DNA of 64,000 nucleotides from Phoronis australis (Eukaryota > Animalia > Phoronida), in contig NMRA01000071.1 of NCBI GenBank assembly GCA_002633005.1, positions 92,976 to 156,975 of the forward strand, read 5' to 3'. Position 1 is the first letter of the stretch, and every line of letters starts with the position of its first letter. A program made the position numbers and the translations under genes. This document shows positions 50,010-63,137 of this stretch, in pieces. The notes under the pieces were generated by a model, which saw only the letters and a list, made by a program, of their open reading frames with translations, was not told the DNA's origin and ran no database searches.

Positions 50010-50659
50010 CTAAAAGAAAAGAAGGAACAAAGGAGAATGACATTAACTATATCTCATGTTTGATGATTATAAACAATAAGTAGAGATCCCTTATCACTGA
50101 TCAAAATGTAAGCCATGTTTACATGGGAGACATTTGTCACAGAGCAACTAACATGGAACACCCGATAGGGTGCAAGTGTTTGTGTAAGCATGACCGACAC
50201 TGAACAAGCTGACAGTCCATGGCAGCTATATTTGACACTTATTTGTAAGGTTGAGCAAGTGTCACTCAATCAGCTGCTCTATTTTCAACTACAAACCAGG
50301 GCAAGGCGGAAGCGATCATCTGTTACACTGTCTTGCGTATTAGCATATGTACGAGTGATTCGCAAACATCCCATTAGCTTGGATGTTCACCAGTGCTGAT
50401 GCAAGCATTCTACTAGTTTGGATGTTCACTAGAGTTGATGCAAGCATGCGTAGACAGTAGAGTAAATGATTCATGCTGATCCAGTTCGTTATCTAATGCC
50501 GTGTAAACGTTACTAAACTGGAGCAATTAGCTGTGATATGATAACCCGCACAGTGACACCTGTTCCCAAGTAAAAAAACAGCTACAGCCTTACAATTCAA
50601 TACGTTAACACGCTAACTCATAAGACCTCCAAGTGAAGTGAAGTAATGATCACCAAGGA

Positions 50660-51430
50660 TTCTGTATATAGTGAATTACCATTCATGTTTGTGTGTATAG
50701 TGAATTACTATTCATATTTGTGTGTATAGTGAATTACCATTCATGTTTGTGTGTATAGTGATTTACCATTCATGTTTGTGTGTATAGTGATTTACCATTC
50801 ATGTTTGTGTGTATAGTGAATTACCATTCATGTTTGTGTGTATAGTGAATTACTATTCATGTTTATGTGTATAGTGAATTACCATTCATGTTTCTGCGTA
50901 TAGTGAATTACCATTCATGTTTCTGTGTATAGTGATTTACCATTCATGTTTGTGTGTATAGTGAATTACCATTCATGTTTGTGTGTATAGTGAATTACCA
51001 TTCATGTTTCTGTGTATAGTGAATTACCATTCATGTTTCTGTGTATAGTGACTTACCATTCATGTCTCTGTGTATAGTGAATTACCATTCATGTTTCTGT
51101 GTATAGTGATTTACCATTCATGTCTCTGTGTATGGTGAAGTAACAGTTAAAGATTGTTCACAATTCAGTGTATAGTGAAGTATCATTCCAGCTCTGTGTA
51201 CAGTGAATAGTCATTCATGGTTCTATGTACGGTGAAATATCATTGATTTTCATGATTCTGTGAATAGTGAAGTGGCATTCACGGTTCTATGTACAGTGAA
51301 GTATCAGTTACGGTTACTTGTATAGTGAAGTATCGGTCACGACTGTGTTCAGAGAAGTATCATTTACGGTTCTGTGTATAGTGAAGTATCATTTATGGTT
51401 CTGTGTATAGTGGAGTATCGTTCACGGTTA
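50660..51430. repeat. 27-bp minisatellite, degenerating rightwards
   Basis: gtgtatagtgaattaccattcatgttt. Confidence 0.92.
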
Positions 51431-52108
51431 TAATTGGAATAAAGTTCTTAGTACAGTCAACCATTTACCTACCTGGTTAACGTTTTCATCCTTCACACTA
51501 CTTAAAGAACAGACTAACATACCCAGACGTCCGTCAGATGTCCTTGTGCAGGATGACGTCACAGTGCAGACCAAAAACGTTAACTAGGTATATAAATCAT
51601 TGACTGACTGTGTAATAAGAACTCAATTCCACTTTTTGGTAAGTGGGATTGAAAATGTTGAAATCAATAGTTATACCGATGAAATTTTTAGCAGTAAGGT
51701 ATCTGTTGTATTGATTAAGTTACATGAGACAGTGTCATTCAAATATTTTTCTAACAATCATGGGTTTATTGCCATTTTTTCTGAATTCATGTACTTCGCA
51801 GTAACAGATATTTTTGGAGAATAAAAATATTGGAACACCCGATTCCATACAACAAGGAGGCAATGGCACCAGAACTATCAGGTGAGCAAGGACCCTGACA
51901 GCTAAGACTGAGTTATGTTGTATGGTGGTCCTAGAATATCAAAGTTTTAAGTCTTTTGCAGACATGTATCACATTGCTGTGACTTCTACAACCAATATAA
52001 GCCTGATAGTGCACCTGGTCTCTTCACATTTACTATAAACCTGATGGTGTCACCTGTATCTTACAAATTAAACCTGATGGTGCACCAGGTATCTTCACAA
52101 GTCATATA

Positions 52109-54544
52109 CCGTACTCGTTCGGGTTAACGCCCATGCTCAGTTAACCGCCCACCCCTACTTTAGGTGGATTTTCGATTTAACCGCCCACTGCTCAGTTAAG
52201 CGTCCCCCTACGATTTTTGAAGATTTCCAGTTAAGCGCCCACCTCTCGGTTAAGCGCCCATCCCGTACTTTTAAAGAATGAAGATTTAGCGCCCAGTGCT
52301 AAGGAAACGCGCGATTCCCCGACTTTTAGAAAAAGATCGATGATCACAATGAGCGTAACAACGCCGGGCCTTCAAGACGGTGGTTTAGCAATGTGAATTA
52401 CAATACAAGTAAGGAGTTCTTGTCTTGGGTCATGGACTCACTTCAAAATATAATACTTTAATGTTTTTGTCACTTTATTTTCTTCCCATGTTTACAAAGT
52501 TTAAGAACGGCGCCGGCGTCAAAACCTCCGCTTTCAGCGACTTTGTCTGCCACACTGAGTTTCGGTCTGCAGTGCACTAGATAAAATATATATTCGAAAA
52601 AATCAGGCCAGACAAATGTGACAATGGTTTTGCCAACCCTCCAAATTCTCTTAAGGTGGGAAGCTCTCGTATTTTGAAGAAATCTCACAACTCACGGAAA
52701 GATTTCAAATTCTCATTTTGATGAATGTAACTGCCGGGTTGTAGAGGACGTGTGGCGACCGAAGGGACAGTACAAGTGCCTTACTGGGTTACCGATTTCG
52801 TTGCTGCCTATCGATTTCTGAATTCAAAGGTTGGCAATAATGTTTGTTTGTGTATGATCTTGAAGTAATAAAAAACAGCTAGTCAAATTTTGTTTTTTGC
52901 TTACTGCATCTCAGTCAAACTGGCGTTACCAGATTTAACTATTGTCGCTGGCTGTTCTTTATTTTTTCTTGCGTCAGCCCCCACGTATAAGCGTGACTGT
53001 GAAATATCGTTTCCACATCCCCTTTTTGCCATCCAGAATAATTTTGTTTATACATTGGCCAGTTTCTTACCATTCGAGTCTGAAATATCTACGACGTAGA
53101 CTGACTGAAAATTGGCGATAGTGGGTAGGAGATGCACACAGCTAGCTACGGGCATGGGCTTAGGGAGCATCGAGCGGGAAATATCGGAATAGACTTGACA
53201 TCGCAGTTTTGGGGAACATTGGCAACGGAGGAATATCGTAAAGAACTGGGTCTTTCGTAACAACAGCTTAAAAGTACATAGTCACGCCCGTTTTTGTTAC
53301 TTAGGGCTATTCTCTTTTGATGTGTGACTTTGTAGTCATTTTGGTGCACGTGCGCAAGTTCCCACACTTTGCAGTGCATGTTACCTTGACATCAACATGT
53401 GATTGACAGGTGCTCACTCGTAGGCCCTACGTGCGTGCTGATTCCCGCCGCTATCTTTGGCCATAAAAAACGAGATGCATATTGGAAGAGGCCGTTTTAT
53501 TACTTGACGGCATTTCCAAGTCACGACTGTCATCCGACTGAGACATTGCTTGCTAACAGCGAGACCGAACAGTGCCGCAGTGCGATAGGCCTATTGCAAG
53601 TGATATAAATAGGATAATCTGGACATCTTGCATGAAAAATAAATGTTTTTCCACCACGAAGTTTGGTAAGGCGATTGTTTAAGAATGAATTGAAACATCG
53701 CTGTTTTGTGGCGTTTTATCACATGTTTATGTCGTGGCTCGAAATTTTATTCTTGATTGACGACTAGCTCACGGCCGCTTAACACCGATTCTTGTCTTAG
53801 GCCTAATTCTTTGCCGAGCATGTTTGGCGCAACGGCAAGTGAGCAATGCCGGGCGGTCGAGATAAAACAGCTAGCCGCAGAACCATACGCTGAAAATGTC
53901 ATTGAGTCACAGAGTGTCGACTATAAACATCCTAAACACAAAAAACATCTGAATTAAGTTTTTCAAACTTTTATTACAACTCATTTTAAAACTGCTCTCA
54001 GACTATGAATTTGGCAGCTCAGTACGAGACTGCAACCATAAATTTGATGTCTGCTGTGACCTCTGCAACACGTGAAGCTTGCACGCGCGCACTTTAACAA
54101 GGTCACATCTTAAAATAGTTGCAATCCAAGTAGAGGCTGCGTGGTCACTGGTCGTCTGCGCTCTAGAGGGCAAAGTAACAAGACCGCAGGACGCCACGGG
54201 GCTATTACTCAGTAATTCTTTAAATTTAACAGTGAATAACTAATCTGAGGGCAAGAGAATCTTTGTTGGGATCATCCGCTGTTATGACATTTTTCTCTTT
54301 ATGTGGCGACGTGACGATAACGCTCTTTGAAAAGTACTACGCGTTCCGAGTACGAGGTAAGATTATCCGCCCAGGGCGGTTGCCTGTCGTAATAAGCGCC
54401 CATGTTCGGTTAACCGCCCACCCTGGATTTCTTGAAATTTNTTGAAATTTCACGTTTAAGTGCCCATGTCTGGTTAACCGCCCACCCCCGAATTTTTGAG
54501 TTTGCCAATTTAACCGCCCAGGGCGTTAACCCGAACGATTACGG
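52109..54544. mobile_element. non-autonomous Tc1/mariner (pogo-like) element, ~2.4 kb, with a single-N join at 54441
   Basis: TA|CCGTACTCGTTCGGGTTAACGCCC...GGGCGTTAACCCGAACGATTACGG|TA; many subterminal ttaa(c/g)cgccc motifs. Confidence 0.85.
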
Positions 54545-54831
54545 TACTATAAGCCTGATGGTGCAAAATATTTACTATAAATCTGGTGGTATACCAAGTA
54601 TCTTCACATTTTACTATAAACCTGGTGTACCAGGTATTACTATAAATTTGATGGTGCAACATGTATCTTACTAAAAACCTGACGGCGCACCAGGTATCAT
54701 TAGAAACCTATTAATTACATTTCATAAACATCTGCCAATAAGTTTAAAATATAAAGAGCACAACTGTCAGAATAAACATTGATTACGTAATTACTACAGT
54801 TTCCTTTATAAGTTGCCCAAAATTTGTGCTA

Positions 54832-55804
54832 CTGTATTCACTTACATGCCCCTAGAAGCTCCCCCAAACGTTTTCAGACTTTGCTAAAATAAGTGCCCAG
54901 CCCATGAACGTGTGTATACATGCGAAAAATGCCTTTCCTACAGTTTCAAAATTCTACAGTAACGTCTTCAATTTACCAGTCCTGAAAAAAACCATTGTGT
55001 GTGGAATTTGTAGACCATGAGCCTGATCACCTCTGTGTTGGTATTCAGCCGTGACTATACACTTCAAACTTCTGCAGTGCTTCAAAACGAATTCATAACT
55101 TTTGCTGATCTTCTCCCTCAACTGGAATCCAGACTTCTTTGTACACATGAAAACCGGGACTAATAAAAAAACTTAACCACTGTTAAAAGCCGGTGGCCTG
55201 GAAGCGCGCGCTACATAAATGTAGGCCTGCTACTGGGGCAAGTGAACTCTGATGACACACACGTGCTTGGTCACTCGGCATACACCTGCAGACGAACTTC
55301 AAAACAAACGTCACGTGACGACAACATGTGTGTTCATTGCTGTTCGTCCATATTTTTCTCGTTTTGCATGGTGGGATCTAGCGCAGATTTGGACTTAATC
55401 TGCGGTTAATCCCGAACACACAGGAACTTAAAAATCTTAGAGACGCTATTTGGAAAACTTAACGAGATTTCATGTAATTTGTTGAATAGAAACTGTATTT
55501 TTATTCAAGAATTCAAGTTGCCCTATGGACGATCGCGAGGCACCAACGCATCAGTCATCAAGTTTTCGCCCACGGATTTCTGCATAATTCTCTGAAAAAG
55601 GATCTAATTTAACAACAAAGTTTGATAGCAATGCACCATAATTTCGTGGAAAGTCTATCATAGGTTACAGATACGTCACAGAAGGAATCCTAGCTTACGA
55701 TTTCATCCGTTTCGGAAACCAGGTTTCAACCACCTTAGGCTACAATAAGCGCCCCCGAAACGAATTTTTCTAAGCACCCTGGGCGCTTATTAGGGCAAAT
55801 ACGG
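54832..55804 (-). mobile_element. pogo-like family copy, inverted relative to 9109-13507
   Basis: TA|CTGTATTC...TATTAGGGCAAATACGG|TA; reverse-complement match to 9109-9650 and 11220-11480. Confidence 0.8.
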
Positions 55805-56867
55805 TATGTACTTTTAAACCATGGGGTCAAACCTTTTTACATGTAGTTTTGACGTCAAGATCTAGTTTTAGATGACGTTTACTAATTTGGTTCTGGGGTC
55901 AATGCACTCCAAAGATTCTAGAAATTTTTGAGATCAATGGTACGATTGGATAACATCCTGTGGTTTTCATTAGCCAATCCTTAAGTACATTATTATAATT
56001 TGAACAGAAGGTTGCAAAATACTCAGATACTGGTAGTCGGATCCATTCATGACAAGAACATATGCGCACAATTTCATAAACATACATCGAAGGGTTTTGG
56101 ACATAGAGCAGCGGACACTGTGTGCCGGCCAGACGCTGGAAAGACAGGGTTGACGGCATAATGCGCCCAAATATAAATATGGGAGCGCTTCAACATTATA
56201 TGAAACACAAACCCAGATACGACTATTGCGAAAGGTTTACTTGTAATATCATCTGTCAAATGCTGCCTGTTATGTTTGAAAAAAAAATTCTCAATAGTTG
56301 AGTTAACACAGCTGACATTGCCAGCACACACCAATCAGTTGACATGCATTAACTCTGATATCACTGCAGCTGTCTTGGTATGTATTTCTCAGTGCAGTCA
56401 CTTGACAAGCAGTGAAAACTCACACCACAGTGTGCCTCTTATACACCAAGCAGACATAAACACTTCAAAGAGATCAAACTGAAAGCCTCTCACAAGCATA
56501 AGCTATCCTCATTACAATAAGTTCTAATGCCTTACCAATGAAAGCAGTGAACAAAATCAAACATATTGATAATACCTGAGCAGATGCCTAACTTTGCCAC
56601 GCTCTGGTCAAGTTACAACAACTACCAACAAGAGCAGGCAACAAGAGCTGGCAACATTTATAAACGAAGAGGCCATACTGAGAGATCTGTTAATGACTGT
56701 AGCAGACCTTCAGCTGACCTTTAACCCCAGCACACAACCCAGACTTGAAGGCGGCATATGCTTGAAACAAGGATCTATTTGAAAATCTTTCAATTCACAC
56801 AAGAGGTCACTCCAGGCCACAACTAACAAACAACCAGTACGTTGTAACACAACATATTAACAAGGTG

Positions 56868-57365
56868 TTATGGGACTCTTAGCTAGCCCTCCCTGTAACT
56901 TCATGTGTCACTGTTAACTGAATTATGGGACTCTCAACTAGCCCCTCCATGTGTACCTCACCTGTCACTGTTAACTGAATTATGGGACTCTACTAACCCC
57001 TCCATGTGTACGCCACGCCACGTGTCACTGTTAACTGAATAACAGCTCTAATAACTCCTCCATGTGTACTCAACGTCACTGTTAACTGAATTATGGGACT
57101 ACTAACCCCTCCATGTTACTTCAGGTGTCCCTGTTAACTGAATTATGGGACTCTCAAGTAGCCCCTCAATGCCTACCTCACGTGTCACTGTTAACTGAAT
57201 TATGGGACTCTACTAACCCCTCCATGTGTACTTCAGTGTCACTTTTAACTGAATTATGGGACTCTCTACTAACCCGTCAATGTGTACTTTATGTGCCACT
57301 GTTAACTGAATAATGGGACTCTCTACTAACCCCTCCATGTTACTTCACGTGCCACAGTTAACTGC
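56868..57365. repeat. ~58-bp minisatellite, ~8 copies
   Basis: gtcactgttaactgaattatgggactct..ctaacccctccatgtg. Confidence 0.88.
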
Positions 57366-57709
57366 ATTGCCCTATTCAGGTTCTTCCTTTAATACTAGTG
57401 GTATTATGGAGATGTATGCTGGCCTGTTCAACTGTGTGTTTTAGTCAGTATATGATTTGTCAGCATGCATGAATTTCAGATAGCAAGTTACTCTTAGAAC
57501 AAGATGTTACGAGGTTTAGAAGTAGACAGTATACTACTTGCGGTTATGTCATGCAACTTTTCGGCCAACAATGTCGCTATTCTAAATTGGCATTTGGGTT
57601 TGAACCTCAATTTTGTGGGTTTGAACCTCAAACTTGTGGGTTTGAACCTCAAATTTGTGGGTTTGAAGTTAGTGTTAACCCCACATTTAAGTGTTGCAAG
57701 TTAGTGTAA

Positions 57710-59032
57710 CAGACGTGCGTACCACCAAAACTGCATTGGAATACTCTGAAAACCAGATTTGCCGATTTTCCAGTAAATTTGCAGATATTCGTGTACAGAC
57801 CAAATTTACCCTAAATTATAGGGGGGGGGGCACTCAAATTTTTCGCAGTGGACCATTCACTAACAACAAAAAAACGTGTTTGTTCAGCGTTCAGAGCTTT
57901 TAATTGTGATTTTGTCGTATTCTTTGCCTTTTCAGAGGACTTTTGTCTTGTTTTCTTGGACTTTTGGCTTATCTCAGGAAAACCTTTTTCCTACTTTGCC
58001 AAATGGGGGACCCAATCGAGCCCCCCTGTAACGTGCATGGGTACTTTTCCTACTTACTGGCCTCTGAAACAATTTCTAAAACACACATAGCGAATTGATC
58101 GTCAATTTTCAGAATAATGTAAGATGTTTAGTTGAGGGACAACGCGCTTAGTGAAAAGATCCAGTTAATCAATAGAAAAGGTCCTCACTGAACTTAGTTA
58201 TGTTAATACATGCCTAATACACACCTCATTTCTTAATACAAAAACATATCTGCAAAAATGTGTTGATCAACCTACACTCAACAATGTTTCGTACCAGATG
58301 ATATTTTCTTAACCATTCACAAAAGTTTTGAATAATTATTCACTGCAAGTGTCTGTGAACACGTACCACCGTACTGCATGCGAAAGGACCTTGAGGATTG
58401 AGGCTCGCCTGTTATCGTCAGCTCAACATGTTAGTGCAGTCACCATGTCCGCAAAAAACAACACACTATAACTAAAACTTGCAGTATAAATTCCACGGTC
58501 CATTGAACAAGACATTGTCATTCTTTGGAATAACATGCCAAAAACAGAATACCTTCTTTCATGAGCTACTTTCTTTACAGCTCGGAATATGCGACTACTC
58601 ATGCTTTGCCATTTTGTCAACATTACGTATTTAGCCGTAAATAGCCGGAATGAGACGAAGTAAGCAATCCACAAATCACAGAAGTCGTAGCTTATAGGTT
58701 TAGCCTGTGACACACAATCCGATAGAAGAGGCCTCGCTATTCACTGATTATCAGGCTATTTCGAGAAAGAAACAAAGCAAGTTTTGCGAGGTTGTAGCTC
58801 AACTTTTTGGCTAAAATAATGAGTTAACAATATTTTTTTAATTTCTAACTTTAAAATATTCTTCCTCATCTGTTTTGACTACAAAACGGCGTATTTATTA
58901 AGAAACACGCAAATTAATAATCTCTTTTGAATTTGCTGAATTTACGTATTTTTGCCTGGCCATGCGTACTTGCGTACTGGAGGCTTGATTTCCATACGAA
59001 TCCACATTTTTGGCGTATGGTACACAGGTCTG
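57710..59032. mobile_element. hAT-like non-autonomous element
   Basis: TIRs CAGACGTGCGTACCA / TGGTACACAGGTCTG (13 of 15 match); flanks gtgtaa / gtgtaaac suggest a degenerate 8-bp TSD. Confidence 0.55.
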
Positions 59033-59250
59033 GTGTAAACCTCATATTTGAATGTTGCAAGCTAAGTGTAAACCTCATATTTGAATGTTGCAAGCTAAGT
59101 GTAAACCTCATATTTGAATGTTGCAAGCTAAGTGTAAACCTCATATTTGAATGTTGCAAGCTAAGTGTAAACCTCATATTTGAATGTTGCAAGCTAAGTG
59201 TAAACCTCATATCTGAATGTTGCAAGCTAAGTGTAAACCTCATATTTGAA
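59033..59250. repeat. 33-bp minisatellite, ~6.5 copies
   Basis: gtgtaaacctcatatttgaatgttgcaagctaa. Confidence 0.93.
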
Positions 59251-59667
59251 TATTATGATTACAGCCAAGGACACCATGACTGTACCTAGTTACTAATATC
59301 TCGACTCCTCCTACAGTGAATATATCATGATTTCACTAGCATAGTCATGTGAATACATAATGACCAACACAAAGTGTGTAGATACATCATGAATCCAATT
59401 GCTAAGTTATGCATATGCAACACTTCTACTTAGTTATGAGAATAGAATTACTCAACTCAAATAAATATTAAGTGAATGCATCACAAACTTAATGAATCCA
59501 TAAAGATCTCTACTTTTAACTATGGCAATATATCATAACTTCAACTACACAGTAAACTGGGGTGATTTCATGACTGCATAGTTTAATTGTACAAATACCA
59601 TAGCTTCTACTTGGTTATAACACCATGACTTGTTCACAGAGTTTAGTAAATACATTATAACTTCACC

Positions 59668-59790
59668 CGCCGATGTCATTGAGTCGCTGGTAAGGCCGAT
59701 GTCATTGGGTCGCTGGTAAGGCCGATGTCATTGAGTCGCTGGTAAGGCCGATGTCATTGAGTCGCTGGTAAGGCCGATGTCATTGAGTCG
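59668..59790. repeat. ~26-bp minisatellite, ~4.5 copies
   Basis: gccgatgtcattgagtcgctggtaag. Confidence 0.9.
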
Positions 59791-60489
59791 TCGGTTGTGT
59801 GGATGCGTAACAGTTTAACAATTATTTTTCGGGAGATTCGGGAGGTGTCAGGGTACGGAAGTGTTCACTATCATTGGGTCATTTTGACTTTAAAACACCA
59901 ATTATGACTAATTTAATAATTCCTCCTTAAAAATAAAGGGAACGTTTTTTTTACGGTTTTGGAAACATTCGGAAACAAGTGCCACCAGTATTTATTTCTG
60001 GCCAATGTTATGTAGCAGTTTCATGAATTGATAGCTCCCAAAGACTATTCTTTGAAGATAGATTCTTGAACGTAGCGGTTTTCACGTGTACAAAGATTTG
60101 GATTCCTGTTGAGGGAGAATATCTATATGGGAAAGATACAATACAATCCCTTCCACAAGTACGCAGCGTTTGTTCTGAAAGGACATATCACAACAGGACA
60201 TGTCCTTCGCAAGATTAGCGTTCTTTTAGAAGCATGCCAGAAGTTTGAAGTGTACAGTCACGGCTAAATACCAACATAGCGGCGAGGCTAGTGGTCTACA
60301 AATTCCACGCACAATGATTTTTTCAGAACTGTCGGGTCTTATTGATAAATTGAAGATGGTAGAATTTTAGAACTGTAGGTAAGGCATTTTTTGCACGTCG
60401 TTCATGGACTGGGCACCTATTTTAGCTAAGTATGAAATCGCATGGGGGGGGCACTTATAGGGGCATGCATGCTTATTAGGCGAATACAG
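59790..60489 (+). mobile_element. 3' half of a pogo-like family copy
   Basis: homologous to 12610-13330; ends cttattaggcgaatacag|ta. Confidence 0.75.
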
Positions 60490-60593
60490 TATGCAAGTAA
60501 TAAATATGTATGACAAAAGTTACAATGAGTGTATTTAACAAGTTTGTAACTGTGAGTAACTGACATAAATTTCATGCTTAGCTTCACACTTAC

Positions 60594-60668
60594 CAGTTCT
60601 TCATCATTCAAAGATTGACGTGCAACCATTGCCGAGGGAACCGCATTTCTCTTGGATGCTGCAATGGT
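60594..60668 (-). CDS. unc-13: unc-13 exon, pre-C1 segment TIAASKRNAVPSAMVARQSLNDEEL (75 nt, phase 0-0)
   Basis: ttttaaag acceptor, CTG|gtaagt donor; resembles the conserved AxKRNAG...LNDEEL segment preceding KMHVYKK. Confidence 0.9.
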
Positions 60669-60937
60669 CTTTAAAACAAAAAAGATCATTCAGATAATAT
60701 TTAACCCTTGTACAGTACTTCTATTGAGAGAGAAGGCTATGGAAGTGCCAGTACCAGGATTGATCAGCATTCTGAGATGTTGGACAATCAAAGTACATTC
60801 TGTGATGTTGACAATCAAAGTACATTCTAGACAAAAGTGCACAACATAGGTTAGTACAAAACATAAAGTACACTAATTTAACCTTCCCAAAATAGTTACA
60901 GTTGCATTTTGCCCTGTTTATCTGTCTCATCAATGAA

Positions 60938-62015
60938 AATGTAATTAGGCCTGATACTTTCACGAAATGCAATTAGGCCTGTTACTTTCATGAAATGTAA
61001 TTAGGCCTGTTACTTTCACGAAATGTAACTGGGCCTGTTACTTTCAAGAAATGTATTTAGGCCTGTTACTTTCATGAAATGTAATTAGGCCCGTTACTTT
61101 CACGAAATGTAATTAGGCCCGTTGCTTTCACGAAATGTAATTAGGCCTGTTGCTTTCACGAAATGTAATTAGGCCTGTTACTTTCACGAAATGTAATCAG
61201 GCCTGTTACTTTCACAAAATGTAATCAGGCCTGTTACTTTCACAAAATGTATTTAGGCCTGTTACTTTCATGAAATGTAATTAGGCCTGTTACTTTCACA
61301 AAATGTAATTAGGCCTGATACTTTCACGAAATGTAATCAGGCCTGATACTTTCACGAAATGTAATCAGGCCTGTTACTTTCACGAAATGTAATCAGGACT
61401 GTTACTTTCACAAAATGTAATCAGACCTGTTACTTTCACAAAATGTATTTAGGCCTGTTACTTTCATGAAATGTAATTAGGCCTGTTACTTTCACAAAAT
61501 GTAATTAGGCCTGATACTTTCACGAAATGTAATCAGGCCTGATACTTTCACGAAATGTAATCAGGCCTGTTACTTTCACGAAATGTAATCAGGACTGTTA
61601 CTTTCACAAAATGTAATCAGACCTGTTACTTTCACAAAATGTATTTAGGCCTGTTACTTTCACGAAATGTAATTAGGCCTGTTACTTTCACGAAATGTAA
61701 TTAGGCCTGATACTTTCACGAAATGTAATCAGGCCTGATACTTTCACGAAATGTAATCAGGCCTGTTACTTTCACAAAATGTAATTAGGCTTGTTACTTT
61801 CACAAAATGTAATTAGGCTTGTTACTTTCACAAAATGTAATCAGGCCTGTTACTTTCACAAAATGTAATCAGGCCTGTTACTTTCACAAAATGTAATTAG
61901 GCCTGTTACTTTCACAAAATGTAATCAGGCCTGTTACTTTCACAAAATGTAATTAGGCTTGTTACTTTCACAAAATGTAATCAGGCCTGTTACTTTCACA
62001 AAATGTAATTAGGCG
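60938..62015. repeat. ~28-bp minisatellite, ~38 copies
   Basis: aaatgtaattaggcctgttactttcac(g/a). Confidence 0.95.
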
Positions 62016-62483
62016 TCATGTTGTTACTTTCATGAATTTAAATTATTCGCTACCCCCAACAGGATTCAGTTACCAGCTAAAGGTAAAGGTAATGCATACT
62101 TGCACCATTTTAGAATTTGCAAGCGTTCGCAAACCCGAATAAAAATTGTGGATGATTTTGATGTACATATTCATAAAAGACATAGAACCCTATCATGGAA
62201 AGGAATATCGGGATGATATCAATTAGATTAGAGCAAAAGGCCTAATTCTGTTTTTGTTCTTTAGCCAGCTGAACAGGGCGATATGCAGATTCAAGAACAC
62301 ACAAAACTAAAAGCCATTTTAATCTAAACTAGATCCCTGCCCATGTGTTAAAATTTACTTAGTCCACTATCAAATATGACTTACATTCTTCATTCTCCAA
62401 ACATTGCCACCTACATTTTAGTATAATCAGCAATAAATCTCAACTAAGTGAATTAATAAAAAACAACCACAGTTTTAAGTCGA

Positions 62484-62528
62484 CTTGACATGTTTCGGTG
62501 TCATTTATTCAAACACCATCATCAGAAG
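62484..62528 (-). ncRNA. minimal type I hammerhead ribozyme (Penelope type)
   Basis: minus strand CTT-CTGATGA-T-GGTGT-ttgaataaatg-ACACC-GAAACATGTC-AAG: full catalytic core, 5-bp stem II, palindromic minimal stem III, short stem I. Confidence 0.75.
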
Positions 62529-62747
62529 AGAGAATACAGTGGCCAACCAGGACCAAGGAACATCTAAATTCTGACAGAAGTTCACATGTAAATATTCGTC
62601 TACAGAGCTCCAATCATTGTTATCAGCAGTGCTCTTTCAATGACTTTGCAATAATAGACCAGGCAATAACAACAAAGGACCTTAAAATTCCTGAGGCTCT
62701 GCACATCAGTTGGTGCAAGCCCATTTTCAGTAGGCAACTGGCATACC

Positions 62748-63137
62748 CAAAGTACCTAAACTACACGGTCAACGGACTCATAAACACGGACACGGATGCA
62801 TGAACACGACTCACGGACCTGCAAACACCATCCACTCAGACTCACAAACACCGGAACGGACTCATAAAACACGATCCACGCACTCAAATACACGGGACAC
62901 GGACTCATATTCATGAGGAAACACGGTTAACGGATAGCCAAACACGGGTCACAGACTCATCGGCTTCCTGGGTCAGCTGACATCTCCATTTTGTCCGTAA
63001 ACCGTGTTTGGCGGTCCGTTAACCGTGTTTCCTCGGGAATATGAGTCAGTGGACGGTGTTTGCAGGTCCGTTAGTTGTGTTCATGCATCCATGGGCCATG
63101 TTTATGAGTACGTTAACCATGTAGTTTAGGTACCTTG
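62748..63137. mobile_element. foldback MITE, 390 bp, with long TIRs, inserted in the Penelope remnant
   Basis: ATACC|CAAAGTACCTAAACTAC...GTAGTTTAGGTACCTTG|ATACC; ~100-bp imperfect inverted arms; superfamily uncertain. Confidence 0.82.

Larger units (their letters stand above)
878..60668 (-). other. unc-13: unc-13/Munc13 gene, partial (C1-C2B-MUN region); continues beyond both window ends
   Basis: Colinear minus-strand exons with GT-AG sites and matching phases translate to hallmark Munc13 sequence ([79 protein letters not shown]). Recognised from known family sequences. Confidence 0.97.

Noticed and set aside
55850-55857. Third TGACGTCA site
   Set aside because: No TATA or exon context; consistent with chance.
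5983-62015. Regular short repeats as CRISPR arrays
   Set aside because: Head-to-tail units without unique spacers, no cas genes, and a spliced eukaryotic context.
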